A DNA stretch of 64,000 nucleotides from the human T2T-CHM13v2.0 reference genome, Homo sapiens (GCF_009914755.1 NC_060947.1), one strand, 5' to 3'. Positions 11,241-25,130 are shown, counted from the stretch's first letter. The notes: generated by a model not told the origin, from the letters alone. A program made the numbers and translations.

Positions 11241-12841
11241 GGATCTGCCTCTTCTGGCCCTTACTAACTTGCTCCCTGCCACTCTGGGGCTGAGTAGAGG
11301 GGTAAGAGGACTGTGCACCCCACAAATTAGCCCATGGAGGAGACAGAAAGCTTCACCAACTAAACTACTCAGCAGCGTTGGCCACATATAGCTCTTACCT
11401 ATAAGTGCCATCTATTGGTTTGTAGGTCAAATTGCACAGCCCAATATAAAACATGCTGACAGAAGTACAGAAGGCTATAGAAGAAAAGCCAAAAGACCCC
11501 ACTCAGCAGTTCCTATAGTTGTACCCCTTAGGGAGTAGAGGAAGAAAAAAGAGAAGAAAAAAAGCAACATTGGAAGAAAAGAGAGACAAAGAAAAAAATC
11601 CTACCTACAAAAAATAATTACAAAACTTAGAAGTGCCAGCATCTCCAGATAAGAAGGGACCAGTGCAAGAATTTGGCACTATGAAAAATCTTAATAGAGT
11701 GGCACAACCAAAGAATCACACTAGCTCTCCACCAATGGTCCCTAACAAAAATGGAAACTCAGGAAATGACAGATAAAAATTCAAAGCAGGGATTGCAAGG
11801 AAGCTCAATGAGATCCAAGGCAAGGTTGAATATCAACACAAAAAAACTTCTAAAGCAATCCAGAAAAATGAAGGAAGAGATAAACGTCTTAAAAACAAAT
11901 CAATTAGAGCTTCTATAATTGAAAAAGCTCGCTTAAGGAATTTCAAAATGCAATCAAAAGCTTTATCAAAAGACTAGATCAAGTAGAAGAAATAATTTCA
12001 GAGCTGAAAGTCTTTCAAACTAACCCAGTCACACAAAAATAAAGAACTTTTTAAAAATGAACAAAGTCTGGGAGAAATATGAGACTATCTGAAGCAACCA
12101 AACCTATGAATTGTTGGCATTCCTGAGAAACCTTGAGAACATATTTAATAAAAATAATTCAAGAAAATTTCCCTAATCTCACTAAAGAAGTAGACATCCA
12201 GATACAAGAAATCCAGTGAACACCTGTGCAATACAATACAAAACAAATGTCACCAAAGCATATAGTCACCAGACTATCTAAGGTCAATTCTAAAGAAAAA
12301 AATCTCAAAGACAGCTAGAGAAGTAGGCGAGATCACATACAGAAGGAACAGCTATCAGATGTTCTATCATCTACCAGAACTATCAGACTAACAGCTGAAT
12401 TCACAGCAGAAATCTTACGAGCCAGGATATATTGAGGGCCTATTATCAGCATTCTAAAAGACAAGAAATTCCAACCAAGAATTTCATATCCTACCAAACT
12501 AGGCTTCATAAGAGAAAGAAAAATAAATCTTTTCTAGACAAACAAACCCTAAGGAAATTTATTTCCACTAGAACAACCTTACAAGAGATCTTTAATGAAG
12601 TTCTAAATATGGAAATGAAAGAACTGTATCTGCTACCACCAAAACACACTTAAGTGCATAGCACACAGACCCTATAAAGCAACCACATAAAAGAAATTAC
12701 AAAGCAATCAGCTAACAACTACACACTAGGATCAAAACCTCACACATCCATATTAACTATGAATGTAACTGCTCTAAACACCCCACTTAAAAGGCACAGA
12801 GGGAAAGTTGGATATAAAAGCAGGACGCGCCCAAGTGCTGT

Positions 12842-12874
<33 letters not shown>

Positions 12875-13882
12875 CCCATCTACATGTAATGATACCCACA
12901 GGCTCAAAGTGAAGGGTTGGAGAAACATCTATCATGCAAATGTAACACAAAAAAATAGTAGGCATCACTGTTGTTATATCATAAAAAATAGACTTGAAAC
13001 CAACAATAGTACAAAAGGACAAAGAAGGGTATTACATAATGATAAAGGGTTCAATTCAACAGGAAAACTTAACTATCCTAAATATATACACACCAAATAT
13101 TAGAGCACTGAAATACATAAAACAAGTACTTCTAGACCTACAAAAAGAATTAGCCACACAATAATAGTGGGGGACTTCAATACCCAATTGATACAGTTAC
13201 ATCATCAAGGCAGAAAACTCTCAAAGAAACTCAACTTAAATTCAACACTTGACCAATTGGACCTAATAGAAACCTATAGAATACTCCACTCATCAACCAA
13301 AAAATATGCATTCTTCTCATCTGCATATGGAACACACTGAAAGATCAAGCACATGCTCAGCCATAAAGCAAATCTAAATAAATTTGAAAAAAAAATAGTA
13401 CCAACCATACTTTTGGACCACAGTGGAATAACAACGCAAATCAATAGCAGGAAGGTCTCTCAAAGCCATGCAGTCACATGGAAGTTAAACAGTTTGCTCC
13501 CGAATGACTTTTGGGGAAAGAACAAAATTAAGAAATAAAAAAATTGAAATAATCAAAAATGGAAACACAACATAACAAAATATTTGGAATGCAGCAAAAG
13601 TAGTGTTAAGCAAAAAGTGTATACCACTAAATGCCTACCTTAAAAAGTTAGAAAGATATCAAATTAATGATCAAATATCACACCTAGAGGAACTAGAAAA
13701 ACAAGAACAAATTAAACCCAATGATAGCAGAATGAAAAAAAAGTAACCACAATTAGAGACAGACTGAAAGAAATTGAGACCCAGAAATCCATACGCAGAA
13801 TCAACAAAGCCAAAAATGGGTACTTTGCGAGGGTAAACAAGCTTCATAGTCTGATAGTGAGATTAACACAGAAAATAGAGAG

Positions 13883-16800
13883 GAAGGGCGGAAGAAGATG
13901 GCAGGGCAGAAGTCTCCACTGATTATCCCCCAAACCCCACAAGAACAACAATTTAATAGCTATCTACACACACAAAAAAAGCACCTTTGTAAGAACCAAA
14001 TATCAGATGAGCACTCACCGTACCTGGTTTGAATTCCATATCTTTAAGAGAAGAACAGAAAAAAAAACAGAAAAAATCAGTCTTAAATCACTGATGCCAC
14101 CCTTCCCCAATCCCCTGGCAGCAGTAGAGTGAGGCAGAGAGCATTTCCGTGCCCTGGGGAGAGGGACAGCCATCAGTTGTGAGGCCTTGAAATCAATGTT
14201 GCCCTTGTTATAGCAGAAGGCAAAACCAAACTCAGCTGATGTCTGCCCACAGAGGGTGCATTTAAACCAGCTCTAGCCACAGGGGAATCGCTGATCCTAG
14301 CAGTTGGAACTTGAGTTCCTACAAGCCTTGCCACTACAGGCTCGAGTGCTTTGGGGCTCCACATAAATTTAAAAGGCAGTCCAGGCTACAAAGACTGTAA
14401 CACCTAGGTGAGTCCTAGGACAGAACTGGGCCCAGTGACAGTGGACTGGGTGGGTACGTAAGACACCAGTCAGGGTGGCTAAGGGAGTGCTGGCATCAAA
14501 CCTCCCCTAATAGCAGGCTGCACGGCTCACAGCTCCAAAAGAGACCCCTTTCTTAAACTTGAGGAGAGGAGACAAGAGAGTGGAAAGGACTTTGTTTTGC
14601 ATCGTGGATACCAGCTCAGTCGCGGTAGGATAGGACACTAGTCAGAGTCATGAGGCCCCCTTTTCAAGTCCTATTCTCTGGACATATATAGACACGCTGA
14701 CCCAGTAGAGAACCTGTTTCATTGAAGGGAATGACCCAGTCCTGGAAGAATTTATCACCTGCAAACTGACCAGCCCTTGAGTGAGCCCTGAATAAGCAGC
14801 AGCAATGCTTAGGTCATACATCAAGGGCTTTGTGTGAGACACTGAGAATTGCCAGCCTCAGGTAAGACACATTCCCACCAGTGGTGGCTACAGGGTGAGA
14901 GGCAAGCCTCCTGTTTTGGGAGGGGACCCCAATTCACCATGCCGGTGAGACTCCTTCCACTTCAAAAAAGCAGAGGAAAAAGTAAACAGAAATTTTTATT
15001 GCACCTTAGGATCAAGCAGAAATTCTTAAGATGAAAAATGCAATTCACATACTGAAGAATGCATTGGAGCATCTTAATAGCAGAATTGATCAAGCAGAAG
15101 AATGAACTAGTGAGCGTGAAGACGGGCTATTTGAAAACACACGGTCAGAGGAGACAAAAGAAAAAAGAATAAGAAACAGTGAAGGGTATGTACAGGCTCT
15201 AGAAAATAACCTCAAAAGGGCAAATCTAAGAATTGCTGGCCTTAAAGGGGAGGGAGAGAAAAAGATAGGGGTAGAAAGTTTATTCGAAGGGGTAACTGCA
15301 AACTTTCCAAACCTAGAAAAAGATATCAATGTCCAAGTAAAAGAAGGCTATAGAACACCAAGCAGATTTAACCCAAAAAAGGCAACCTCAAAGCATTGAA
15401 TAATCATCCTCCCAAAGGTCAAGAATAAATAAAGAATCTAAAAAGCAGCAAGAGCAAAGAAACAAATAACATACCATGGAGCTCCAATAAACCTGGTAGC
15501 AAACTTTTTAGTGGAAAAACTACATACTAGGAGAGAGTGGCATGATATTTTTTAAGTGCTGAAGGAAAAAATCTTTTAGCCTAGAATAGTATATCTGATG
15601 AAATTATCCTTCAAACATGAATGAGAAATACTTTCCCAGGCAAACAAAAGCTGAGGGATTTCATCAACACCAGACCCGTGCTACAAGAAATGTTAAAGGG
15701 AGTACTTCAATCAGAAAAAGGACATTAATGAGCAATAAGTAATCACCTGAAGTTACAAAACTCACTGATAATAGTAAGTACACAGAAAAACACAGAATAT
15801 TACAACATTGTAACTCTGTTATGTAAACTTCTGTTATTCTAATTAGGAACATTAAATGATGAAACAAAAGTAATAACTACGACAACTTTTCAAAACAGAC
15901 AGTACAGTAAGATATAAATAGTAACAATAAAAAGTTAAAAAGTGGGGGGGGGATGATGTTAAGGTATAGAATCTATCAGTTTTAGCTTGTTTGTTGGTTT
16001 ATGCAAGCAGAGTTAAGTTGTTATCAACTTAAAATAATGGGTCCTAAGATAGTATTTTCAAACCTCATGGTAACCTGAATCCAAGAAACATACAATGAAT
16101 ACACAAAAAATAAACAGCGAGAAACTAAATCATATCACCAGAGAAAATCACCTTCACTAGAGGAAGACAAGAAGGAAAGAAAAAAGAAAGAAAAGACCCC
16201 CCACAAGAAACAGAAAACAAAGGACAAAATAGCAGGAATATGTCCTTACCTACCAATCATAATATCAAATGTAAATGGATTAAACTCTCCAATCAAAAGA
16301 TATATACTGGCTGAATTGATAAAGCAAGACCCATTAATATGTTGCCTATAAGAAATACACTTCACCTATAAAGACACACAGACTGAAGACAAAGGGGTGA
16401 AAAAAGATACTCCATGCCAATGGAAACCAAAAAAGAGCAGGAGTAACTATACTTCTATTAGACAAAGTATATTTTAAGATGAAATCTATGAGAAGAGACA
16501 AAGTATGCCACTATATAATAAGGGGGTCAACTCAGTAAGAAGATATAATAATTTTAAATATATATGCATCCCACGTTGGAGCATGCAGATATATAAAACA
16601 AGTATTACTAGGGCTAAAGAGTGATATAGACTCTGATATAAAATAGCTGGAGACTTCAACATCCCACTTTCAACATTGGACATATCTTCCTCACAGAAAA
16701 TCAGCAAGGAAACATCAGACTTAATCTGCATTATAGACTAAATGGACCTAATAGATACTTACAGCACATTTTATCCAATGGCTGCAAGATACACATTCTT

Positions 16801-18895
16801 ATCCTCAGCACATGGATCATTGTCAAATATAGACCATATGTTAGGTAACAAAACAAGTCTTAAAGCATTCAAAAAATTTAAAATAATATCAATTATCTTT
16901 TCTGACCACAATGGAATAAAACTAGAAATCCATAAAAAAAGGAATTTTGGAAATCATACAAACACATACAATTAAATAATATGCTACTAAATGACCAGTG
17001 GGTCAATGAAGGAATTAAAAATAAAATTTCAAAAATTGAAAGAAATATTAAATGGAAACATACCAAAATCTATGGGATACAACAAAAGTAGTACTAAGAG
17101 AGAAGTTTATAGCTATAAGTGCCTACATAAAAAATAAGTAAAGCACCAAACCTAACAATGTGTCTTTAAAAACTAGAAAAGTGAGAGCAAACCAAACCCA
17201 AAATTAGTATAAGAAAATAAATAATAATGATCAAAAGAGAGATAAATGAAATTGAAATTAAAGAAACAATACAAAAGATCAGTGAAACAAAAAGTTAGGT
17301 TTTTGAAAAATTAAATATAATTGACAAACTTTCACCCAGACTAAAAAAAGAAGATCCAAATAAATAAAATCAAAGACGAAAAAGGAGAGATTACAACTGA
17401 TACTGTGGAATTTCGAAGGATCATTAGTGTCTACAATGAGCCACTGTATGGCAATAAATTGGAAAATCTAGGAGCACAGGCAACCAAAGCAAAAATGGAC
17501 AAATGGGATCATATCAAGTTTAAAAAGCTGCCGCACAGCAAATGAAACAATTAACAATGTGAAGAGACAACCCACAGAATGGGAGAAAATATTTGCAAAC
17601 TACCCATCTGACAAGGGATTAATAACCATATTATAAAAGGAGCTCGATCAACTCTATAGGAAAAAAACCCTAATAATCAGATTTTAAAATGGGTCAAATA
17701 TTTGCACAGACATTTCTCAAAAGAAGACATACGAATGGGAAACAAAAAAGCATATGAAAAGTTGCTCAATATCATTGATCATCAGAGAAAGGCAAATCAA
17801 AATTATAACGATATGTCATCTCAGCCCAGTTAAAATGGCTTAGATCTAAAAGATAGGCAATAACAAATGCTGGTGAGGATGTGGAGAAAGGGAACTCTTG
17901 TACACTCTTGGTGGGAATCTAAATTAGTGCAATCAATATGGAGAACAGTCTGGAAGTTCCTCAAAGAACTAAAAATAGCACTACCATATGACTCAGAAAT
18001 CTCACTGCTGGGTATATACCTAAAAGAAAAGAAATCAACTTATTGAAGAGAGATCTGCACTCCCATGTTTGTGGCAGCTCTGTTCACATTAGCCAAGATT
18101 TGGAAGCAATCTAAGTTTCCATTAACAGAAGAATGGACAAAGAAACTATGGTACATACACACAATGGAGTATTATTCAACCATAACAAGAATGAGACCCT
18201 GTCATTTGCAACAACATGGCATTGAATCTATAAATTACCTTGGGCAGTATGGCCATTTTCACGATATTGATTCTTCCTACCCATGAGCATGGAATGTTCT
18301 TCCATTTGTTTGTATCCTCTTTTATTTCATTGAGCAGTGGTTTGTAGTTCTCCTTGAAGAGGTCCTTCATGTCCCTTGTAAGTTGGATTCCTAGGTATTT
18401 TATTCTCTTTGAAGCAATTGTGAATGGGAGCAACAACATGGATGGAACCGGAGGTCATTATGTTAAGTGAAATAAGCCAGGCACAGAAAGACAAATATCT
18501 CATGTTTTCACTTATTTCTGTGATAAAAAACCAAAACAATTGAACCCATGGAGAGAAAGCATATAGATGGATGGTGCCTAGAGTCTTGACCGAGTACTAG
18601 GGGGTTGGGGAGGGAATCAGGGTGGTTAATGCATAGAAAAATAGAATGAATGAATAAGCCGTAATATTTGGTAGCAAAACAGAGTAAATATAGTCAATAA
18701 TAATTGTACATTAAAAAATCACTAAGAAGAATAGTTGGATTTTGTGTAACACAAAGGAAAAATGCCTGATGGGATAGATACCCCATCTTCCATGATGTGG
18801 CTATTACTCACTGCATGCCTGTATCAAAACATCTCTTATAAATATATACAGCTATTACATACCAACAAAAATTAAAAATAGAAAAAATTTTAAAA
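13883..18895 (+). mobile_element. Nested L1MA1/2-like element with 5' UTR and internal deletions (RT region missing)
   Basis: Starts GGGCGGAAGAAGATGGC (YY1-type 5' end); ORF1 remnant 15011-15710; EN remnant (ORF 16742-16975, SAHGSLSNIDHMLG...SDHNGIKLEI); jumps at ~17471 to the ORF2 C-terminal region; 3' end CATGCCTGTATCAAAACATCTC. Confidence 0.85.
18220..18429 (-). mobile_element. Young L1PA internal ORF2 fragment, antisense, no poly(A), 12-bp duplication
   Basis: Translates [70 protein letters not shown], nearly identical to recent human ORF2p. Flanked by GCAACAACATGG at 18208-18219 and 18430-18441. Confidence 0.92.
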
Positions 18896-20701
18896 ACAAA
18901 GAAAGTGGATTCAAATAAGCACAATCAAAAACAAAGGTGACATTGCAACCAATTCAACAGACATACAAAAGATCCTCAGAAACTATTATATCTGTGTGCT
19001 CAAAAACTAGAAAAATCTAGAGAAAATGGATAAATTCCTGAAACACACAATTATCCAAGATTGAATAAAGAAGAAATAGAAACCCTAAACCAACCAATAT
19101 TGAGTTCCAAAATTTAACCACTAACAAAAAAATGTACCTACCAAAAAATGCCCCAGACCACATGAATTCACAGCTGAATTATACCAAATGTAAAAAGAAG
19201 AACTGGTACCTATCCTACTAAAACTATATCCAAAAATTGAGGAGGAGGGACTCCTCTCTAACTCATTCTATAAAGCCAACATCACCCAAAATCTGTCAAA
19301 GACACAATGAAAAAATAAAACAACAGGCCAATATCCCTGATGAATATTGTTCCAAAAATCCTCAATGAAATACTAACGAATCAAATTCAGCACCACATCA
19401 AAAAGCTAATTCACCATGATTAAATAGGCTTTATTCCTGGGATGCAATGTTGGTTCACAATATGCAGATTAATAAATGTGATTCACCACAAACAATTGAA
19501 AACAAAAATCATATGATCATCCCAATAGATACAAGTAAAGCTTTTGATAAAATCCAGTATCTCTTTATGATAAAATCCCTCAGGAAACAAGAAATCAAGG
19601 GAACCTACCTCAAAATAATAATAACCATCTATGACAAACCCACATCCATCATAATACGGAATAGGCAAAAGCTGGAACCATTCCCCTTGGGAACCGGAAC
19701 AAGACAAGGATAACCATTTTCAACACTCCTATTCAAGGTACTACTTGAAGTTCTATCCAGAGCAATCAGGAAATAGAAATAAAAGGCATCCAAATAGGAA
19801 AAGGAAAAGTTAAACTCTTTGCTGATGATATGATTCTATACCTAGAAAACCCTAAAGACTCTTCCAATAGTTCCTGAAACTTATAAATAACTTCAGTAAA
19901 GTTTCAGGATACAAATTTAATGTAGAAAAATCAGTAGCATTTCTGTATACCAATATTGTGCAAGCTGAGAGACAAACTAAAAATGCAATCACATTTACAA
20001 TAGCCACAAAAAAACTAGGAATTCATCTAACCAAAGAGGTGAAAGAACTACAAAGCGCTGCTAAAAGAAAGCATAGGTGACACAAGCAAATGGAAACACA
20101 TTCCATGTTTATAGGTTAGAAAAATCAATAGTGTTATAGTGGCCATGCTGCCCAAAGCTATCTGCAGATTCATCACCAAGCCTATAGAGCTACCAACATC
20201 ATTTATTACACAACTATAAAAATCTGTTTTAAAATTCATATGGAACCAAAAAAGTGCCTGAACAGCCAAAGCTATCCTAAGTAAAAAGAACGAAGCCATA
20301 GGCATAATGTTATCTGATTTCAAACTATACTATAAGGCTACAGCAACCAAAATAGCATGGTACTGGTGCAAAAACAGATGTGTAGACCAGTGGAACACAT
20401 CTACAGAGAACCCAGAAATAAAGCCATATACCTACAGCCATCTGATCTTCAACGAAGTCAACAAAAATGAGCAATGGGGAAACAACTCCCTATTCAATAA
20501 ATGGTGCCAGAATAACTGGCTAGCCGTATGCAGAAGAATGAAATTGGATCCCTACATTTTACCATATAAAAAATTAACTCAGGATGGATTAAAGACTTAA
20601 ATTTAAGAACTCAAACTGTAAGAATCCCAGAAAAAAACCTAGGAGACACCATTCTGGACATTAGCCTTGGAAAATAATTTAGGACTAAATCCTCAAAAGC
20701 A

Positions 20702-20704
<3 letters not shown>

Positions 20705-20758
<54 letters not shown>
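20705..20758. repeat. (CA)27 microsatellite
   Basis: Directly visible, uninterrupted. Confidence 0.97.
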
Positions 20759-20761
<3 letters not shown>

Positions 20762-21775
20762 TGACCAGTGGGACCTAATTAAACCAAAGAGCTTCTGCAC
20801 AGCGAAAGAAACTACTGACAGAGTAAACACACAACCTACAGAATGGGAGAATATATTCACAAATATCACATCTGACAAAGGTCTAATATGAAGAATCTAT
20901 AAGGAACTTATATAATTGCAAAAACAAAAACAATTCAAAATGGGCAAAAGACATGAACAGACACTTCTCAAATGAAGACATACATGCTTCCAACAAAGAT
21001 ATGAAAAAATGCTCAATATCAATAATCATCAGAGAAATGGACATCAAAACCACAATGAGATAACATCTCACACATGTCAGAATAGCTATTATTAAACTGT
21101 CAAAAAACAACAGATGCTGGTGAGGCGTCAGATAGAAGGAACACTTATACACTGTTGGTGGGAATGCGAATTAGTTCAGCCACTGTAGAAAGCAGTTTGG
21201 GGATTTCTAAAGAGACTTAAAACAGAACTACCAATTGACCCAGCAATCCCATTACTGGTTATGTATTCAAAAGAAAATAAATCATTCTGCCAAAAAGCCA
21301 CATGCACTCAAGTGTTCACTGCAGCATTATTCACAATAGTGAAGACATGGAAACAACCTAGGTGCACATCAGTGGTGGATTAGATCAAGAAAATGTGGTT
21401 CATATGCACCATGGAATATTATGAAATCATAAAAAAGAATCAAATCATGACCTTTGTAGCAACATGGATGCAGGTAGAGACCATTATCCTATATGAATTA
21501 ATGTACATATTGTCACTTATAAGTGGGAGCTGAACAATGGTACTCATGGACATAAAGATGGGAACAATAGACACTGGGACCACTATATGGGGGGAGGGAG
21601 CGAGGCAAGGCCTGAAAATGTAACTGTTGGGTAGTACGCTCAGTATCTAGGTGGTGGGGTCAATCATACCTCAAACCTTAGCGTAATGCAATATACCCAG
21701 GCAGTAAACCTGCATATGTCCCACCGAATCTAAAATAAAAGTTAAAATCATTAAAAAATAAATAAATTGGACTCA

Positions 21776-22220
21776 TTAATTTTGCCAATTGATAGGTTCC
21801 CCTCAACTGGTAGTCATCTGTTCTCCAGTGTATTAGTCATGCTGTTTCAACGTTTCCTAGCTGAAAGCAGAGTTGTTCCCATCTAGTTTACTCTCCTTTG
21901 GAGGTATCCTAATTTGGCATTGCTTCCTTTCAATTTGAATACAATATTCCTGACATGTTTGAATAAATATAACATTGATTCAATTATTTATTCTTTGATC
22001 TAGACATTGTAATTCTGGTAGTAGAAAGATTGTATCCTGTTTTTACCAGCCACATGAAACTTCTTGACTTACAAAAAGTACAATTTTTTTTTTTTTTTTA
22101 CATAAGCCACTTCTAAGTCATGTCTCCTCTATCTTGTGATATCTTTAAAATTAAATTCAGGGTTAAACAATTACTTTTATAAGTTTCCTCTTGCTGATTT
22201 CAGCCCAGCATTCCCATTTG
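21776..22220 (-). mobile_element. CR1/L3 fragment
   Basis: AATACAATATTCC...TTTGATCTAGACATTG...AGCCACATG...GATTTCAGCCCAGCATTCC resemble antisense L3. Confidence 0.45.
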
Positions 22221-22819
22221 GGTCATATTGAAGTATTTTGATTTTTTCATGTGTTGACCAGGTTGAAGCCTCTAAACTTCTACTCAATACATTCCAGTAG
22301 TTCCATAACTACTAGACTAGTGCTACCTTTGAGCTCTTACCTCATGATAACACCAACACTCAGAAATATTGTTAAATTTGGCATTTGCCTTCTCAGAGGA
22401 AAATATGGATATACATGTCTCTTATAAGAGAAAAATATGTTTAACATATCATAAAACCACCTTTTCAATTTAGTGTTTTTCCTTTCTCCTCTCAGCAATG
22501 CTAAGAATCCTAAAACAATATTCTCTACAGAAATGCACTTCTAATCCACCATGACTTCTTAGTCTGGGCATACAAGTTTAATCCTTAAGAAGACATAAAA
22601 TATTCAAACTTCTCAGATTCCCTAGTAGTAATGTAGTGTAACATCAAACTATAATAGATATACTTAAAATAGGCCTTTAAATTCATACTTGTGGGTTACC
22701 TGTTCATGATAAATTTTGTAGCCTTCTTTCCCTTTTTAGCTTCTAGTTTTCAATCCCATGTTCAATCTTATGGAAGAGACATATAGCCCATATCTGTATG
22801 TCATGTTGGGGACTCATGG

Positions 22820-23520
22820 AACCACAATGTGTCAGGCACTGCACTGTGTGTTAGAGGGCAAGCCTGAAAACACATACTCCATTCCTCCAAAAAGCTATTC
22901 AACAGGCATGAAGTGGAAAAGGGAAAAGCATCTTTAAAGTATTTAAAGAATTGAAGAGATTGTTTATATGCAGAGACTAGCGTGGGTAGAGAATAGACTA
23001 CATATGAAGATAGCCACAGTAGATAAAACAGGAAAAAGAGAAAGATTGGGTAAAAGGCCTTAAGGCCAGCCTATGAAGTATTAAGTTGATCCTTTAAGCA
23101 AGAGGGTGGGGGAAAGAACATTAAAGTTTTTAAATCAGCGGATAATATGACTAGACCTGTTTTGGAAATATTCTTTGGTCATCATGTGATGAAAGGTAGA
23201 AAGGGAAAGACTAGTTATGTAGAATCCTGGGAGGAGGCTACTGGAGTAGTATAAATGGTGGATGATACGGGCTTGAATTAGGGAAATGACAGTGAGAAAG
23301 GAAAGAAGGAAGATCTGAGTGTTTAGGTCGAGGGATATGACTACCAGATTTCTAGCAAGGGTGACTGAGTTGATATAGTTAAGAAGAGTAGATATAGAGA
23401 GGAAGATGGTAGGAATAATGAGTGCATTTCATTTGTGGATGTGTTGAATTAGAGATGCTCATGACACGCTGAGGTAGAAGTATCTCATAAAAAGCTTAAG
23501 TAGGCTCTGGACTTCAAGAA
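22820..23520 (-). mobile_element. L2 fragment
   Basis: ATGTGTCAGGCACTG; GGAGGCTACTGGAGTAGT...GATGATACGGGCTTGAATTAGGG; GGATGTGTTGAATTAGAGATGC. Confidence 0.7.
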
Positions 23521-23605
23521 ATTATATCCAAAAATTAGAATAGCTGATACATTCGACAACAGATACAGGGTCCAAAATGAATGTGCTACTCAGAGTGGAG
23601 TAATT

Positions 23606-24059
23606 TGTAATTTTCAAATCGGGTTCTTTGTGAAGCAAACTCTGAGTTGGAAATTAGCATGCAGGAGGTTTGTTAGGGAGGGCTTTTGGGATTAACACCT
23701 GTGAAAGGGAGGGGAAGGAACCAGGACTAAGCAGAGGGAGAGATTGATATGTGATGCAGTCCTAACAAAGGCTCAAGTCACTCCTCACAGGGAGTGCTGG
23801 ACCTGAGATGACCCTGAAATGTGGTCCCAAAGTAGGGTTGGGCAAGGGTCGGGGAGCTTGGTATCTCTTTAGCTGATCAGTCTGTGGATGGAGGCTGCAC
23901 CTAAATGTGTGACCTTCGTAACGTAGTTTTCTGCAGGGAAGGGAATTTCCAAAGCCTACTGAGAGCTGAAGGTTTTGTCAACAGCATTCTCAGCAGCAGA
24001 AGAAATAAATTCTTCATTGCTGAAGAGAGATCTGGCAATGCAATACAGTGTCCACCACA
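23606..24059 (-). mobile_element. ERVL LTR, LTR16-like, inserted in an L3
   Basis: GGGTTC...GAAGCAAACTCTGAGTTGGAAATTAGCATGCAGGAGGTTT...AACACCTGTG...CAGTGTCCACCACA matches the antisense LTR16 pattern. Confidence 0.75.
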
Positions 24060-24803
24060 TGCACCAAAGTTATCAAGATAAAGTTTAACATGGGTTCATA
24101 TGAAGTACTGCACCTAGTCACCCAAATACAACTGTACCAACACAGGAGAGACACAGCACCTGCTTAAAAGGCTATGGGTCTATAGCAGACTGTAAGATCA
24201 ATATGGTGTGGCTCTGCTTTTTTAAAAAAGGAAAATAAAGCTAAAATAATCTTACCATCAGTAAAGCTGTAGCATTAAGAACTCAGGAAATGAACATCCT
24301 GTTCAAATCTGTTACTGATCAATATCACCTGGAGTACATGATTTAGTGTTGAGCACCACGTTAAGGGGACCACTAACAAACTACCATATGCCCAGATCAA
24401 GATGACCAGAACAAGATGTTGAGGAGACTTTAAAGTCTGCCATTAATAAATTAACTGGAAATGAGCCCAGAAACCCCAACGTAAAAGAGAGTTGTATCTT
24501 CAAACATTTGGAGGACTGCTATACAAAAATAAAATTACATGTGCCATTTTATCCCAGAGGTAGAAACCATGGCTGAACACATTTTGTCACATCATAAGGA
24601 GGCACTTTCTAAGGATGTAAGTCTCCCAACAGTGGCATGGGCAGCCCCAGAAAGTAAAGAGATGTTCCTGTCACTGAAACTCCTGTAAGGGGTCAACTGT
24701 GGAGAAAGAAGTGAGGAGAGAGGGTGGCAAGAAGAAAAGCAGCATTTGATTGGAGGCTGTACTAGATGCTCCCATGACCCACTGCAGGCCTCTATGATCC
24801 ATC
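24060..24803 (+). mobile_element. CR1/L3 3' region
   Basis: AAGTACTGCACCTAG; CACCTGGAGTAC...GCACCAC; TCTTCAAACATTTGGAGGACTG; TCCTGTCACTG are typical CR1 RT-3' motifs. Confidence 0.7.
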
Positions 24804-24817
24804 TCATCTGTTGAGGG

Positions 24818-24833
24818 TTTTTTTTTTTGTTTT

Positions 24834-24866
<33 letters not shown>

Positions 24867-25130
24867 GAGACAGAGTGTCACTCTGTTGCCCAGGCTGGAG
24901 TGCAATGGTTGCTGTGACCTCAGCTCACTGCAACCTCCACCTCCTGGGTTCAAGCAATTCTCATCTCAGCCTCCCAAGCAGCTGGGATTATAGGCACCTG
25001 CCACCATGACTGGCTAACTTTTGTATTTTTAGTAGAGATGGGGTTTCACCATGTTGGCCAGGCTGGTCTCGAACTCCTGACCTCAGGTGATTCACCCGCC
25101 TGGGCCTCCCAAGGTGCTGGGATTACAGGC
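24818..25130 (-). mobile_element. AluSx/Sz-like, slightly 5'-truncated
   Basis: Poly(T) then both Alu monomers, ending GGGATTACAGGC. Confidence 0.93.

Larger units (their letters stand above)
11241..21763 (+). mobile_element. Long degraded L1PA16-like element (part of 5' UTR, ORF1, ORF2, 3' UTR) hosting a nested L1
   Basis: ORF1 remnant ~11670-12650; ORF2 EN ~12750-13880; RT ([23 protein letters not shown]; ORF 19447-19713) and C-terminus ~18900-21500; 3' end GAATCTAAAATAAAAGTT; TSD AAATTG(T/G)ACTCA at 11229-11240 and 21764-21775. Many stops and frameshifts. Confidence 0.9.

Noticed and set aside
11405-11418. CTCF-like motif GTGCCATCTATTGG
   Set aside because: Lies in L1 5' UTR sequence and has a mismatch at a core position; not supportable without ChIP data.
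12843-12872. A30 run as a second tail-only insertion or small-RNA retrocopy
   Set aside because: No flanking duplication; upstream bases align with diverged L1 endonuclease sequence; could be simple slippage.
15000-15020. Deletion in the inner L1 as an RNA splicing product
   Set aside because: The left side could offer a GT donor, but the right side in ORF1 is purine-rich without a credible acceptor; microhomology deletion is simpler.
11241-21763. Active L1 ORF1/ORF2 as CDS
   Set aside because: Only short fragments are open; numerous stops, frameshifts and deletions.
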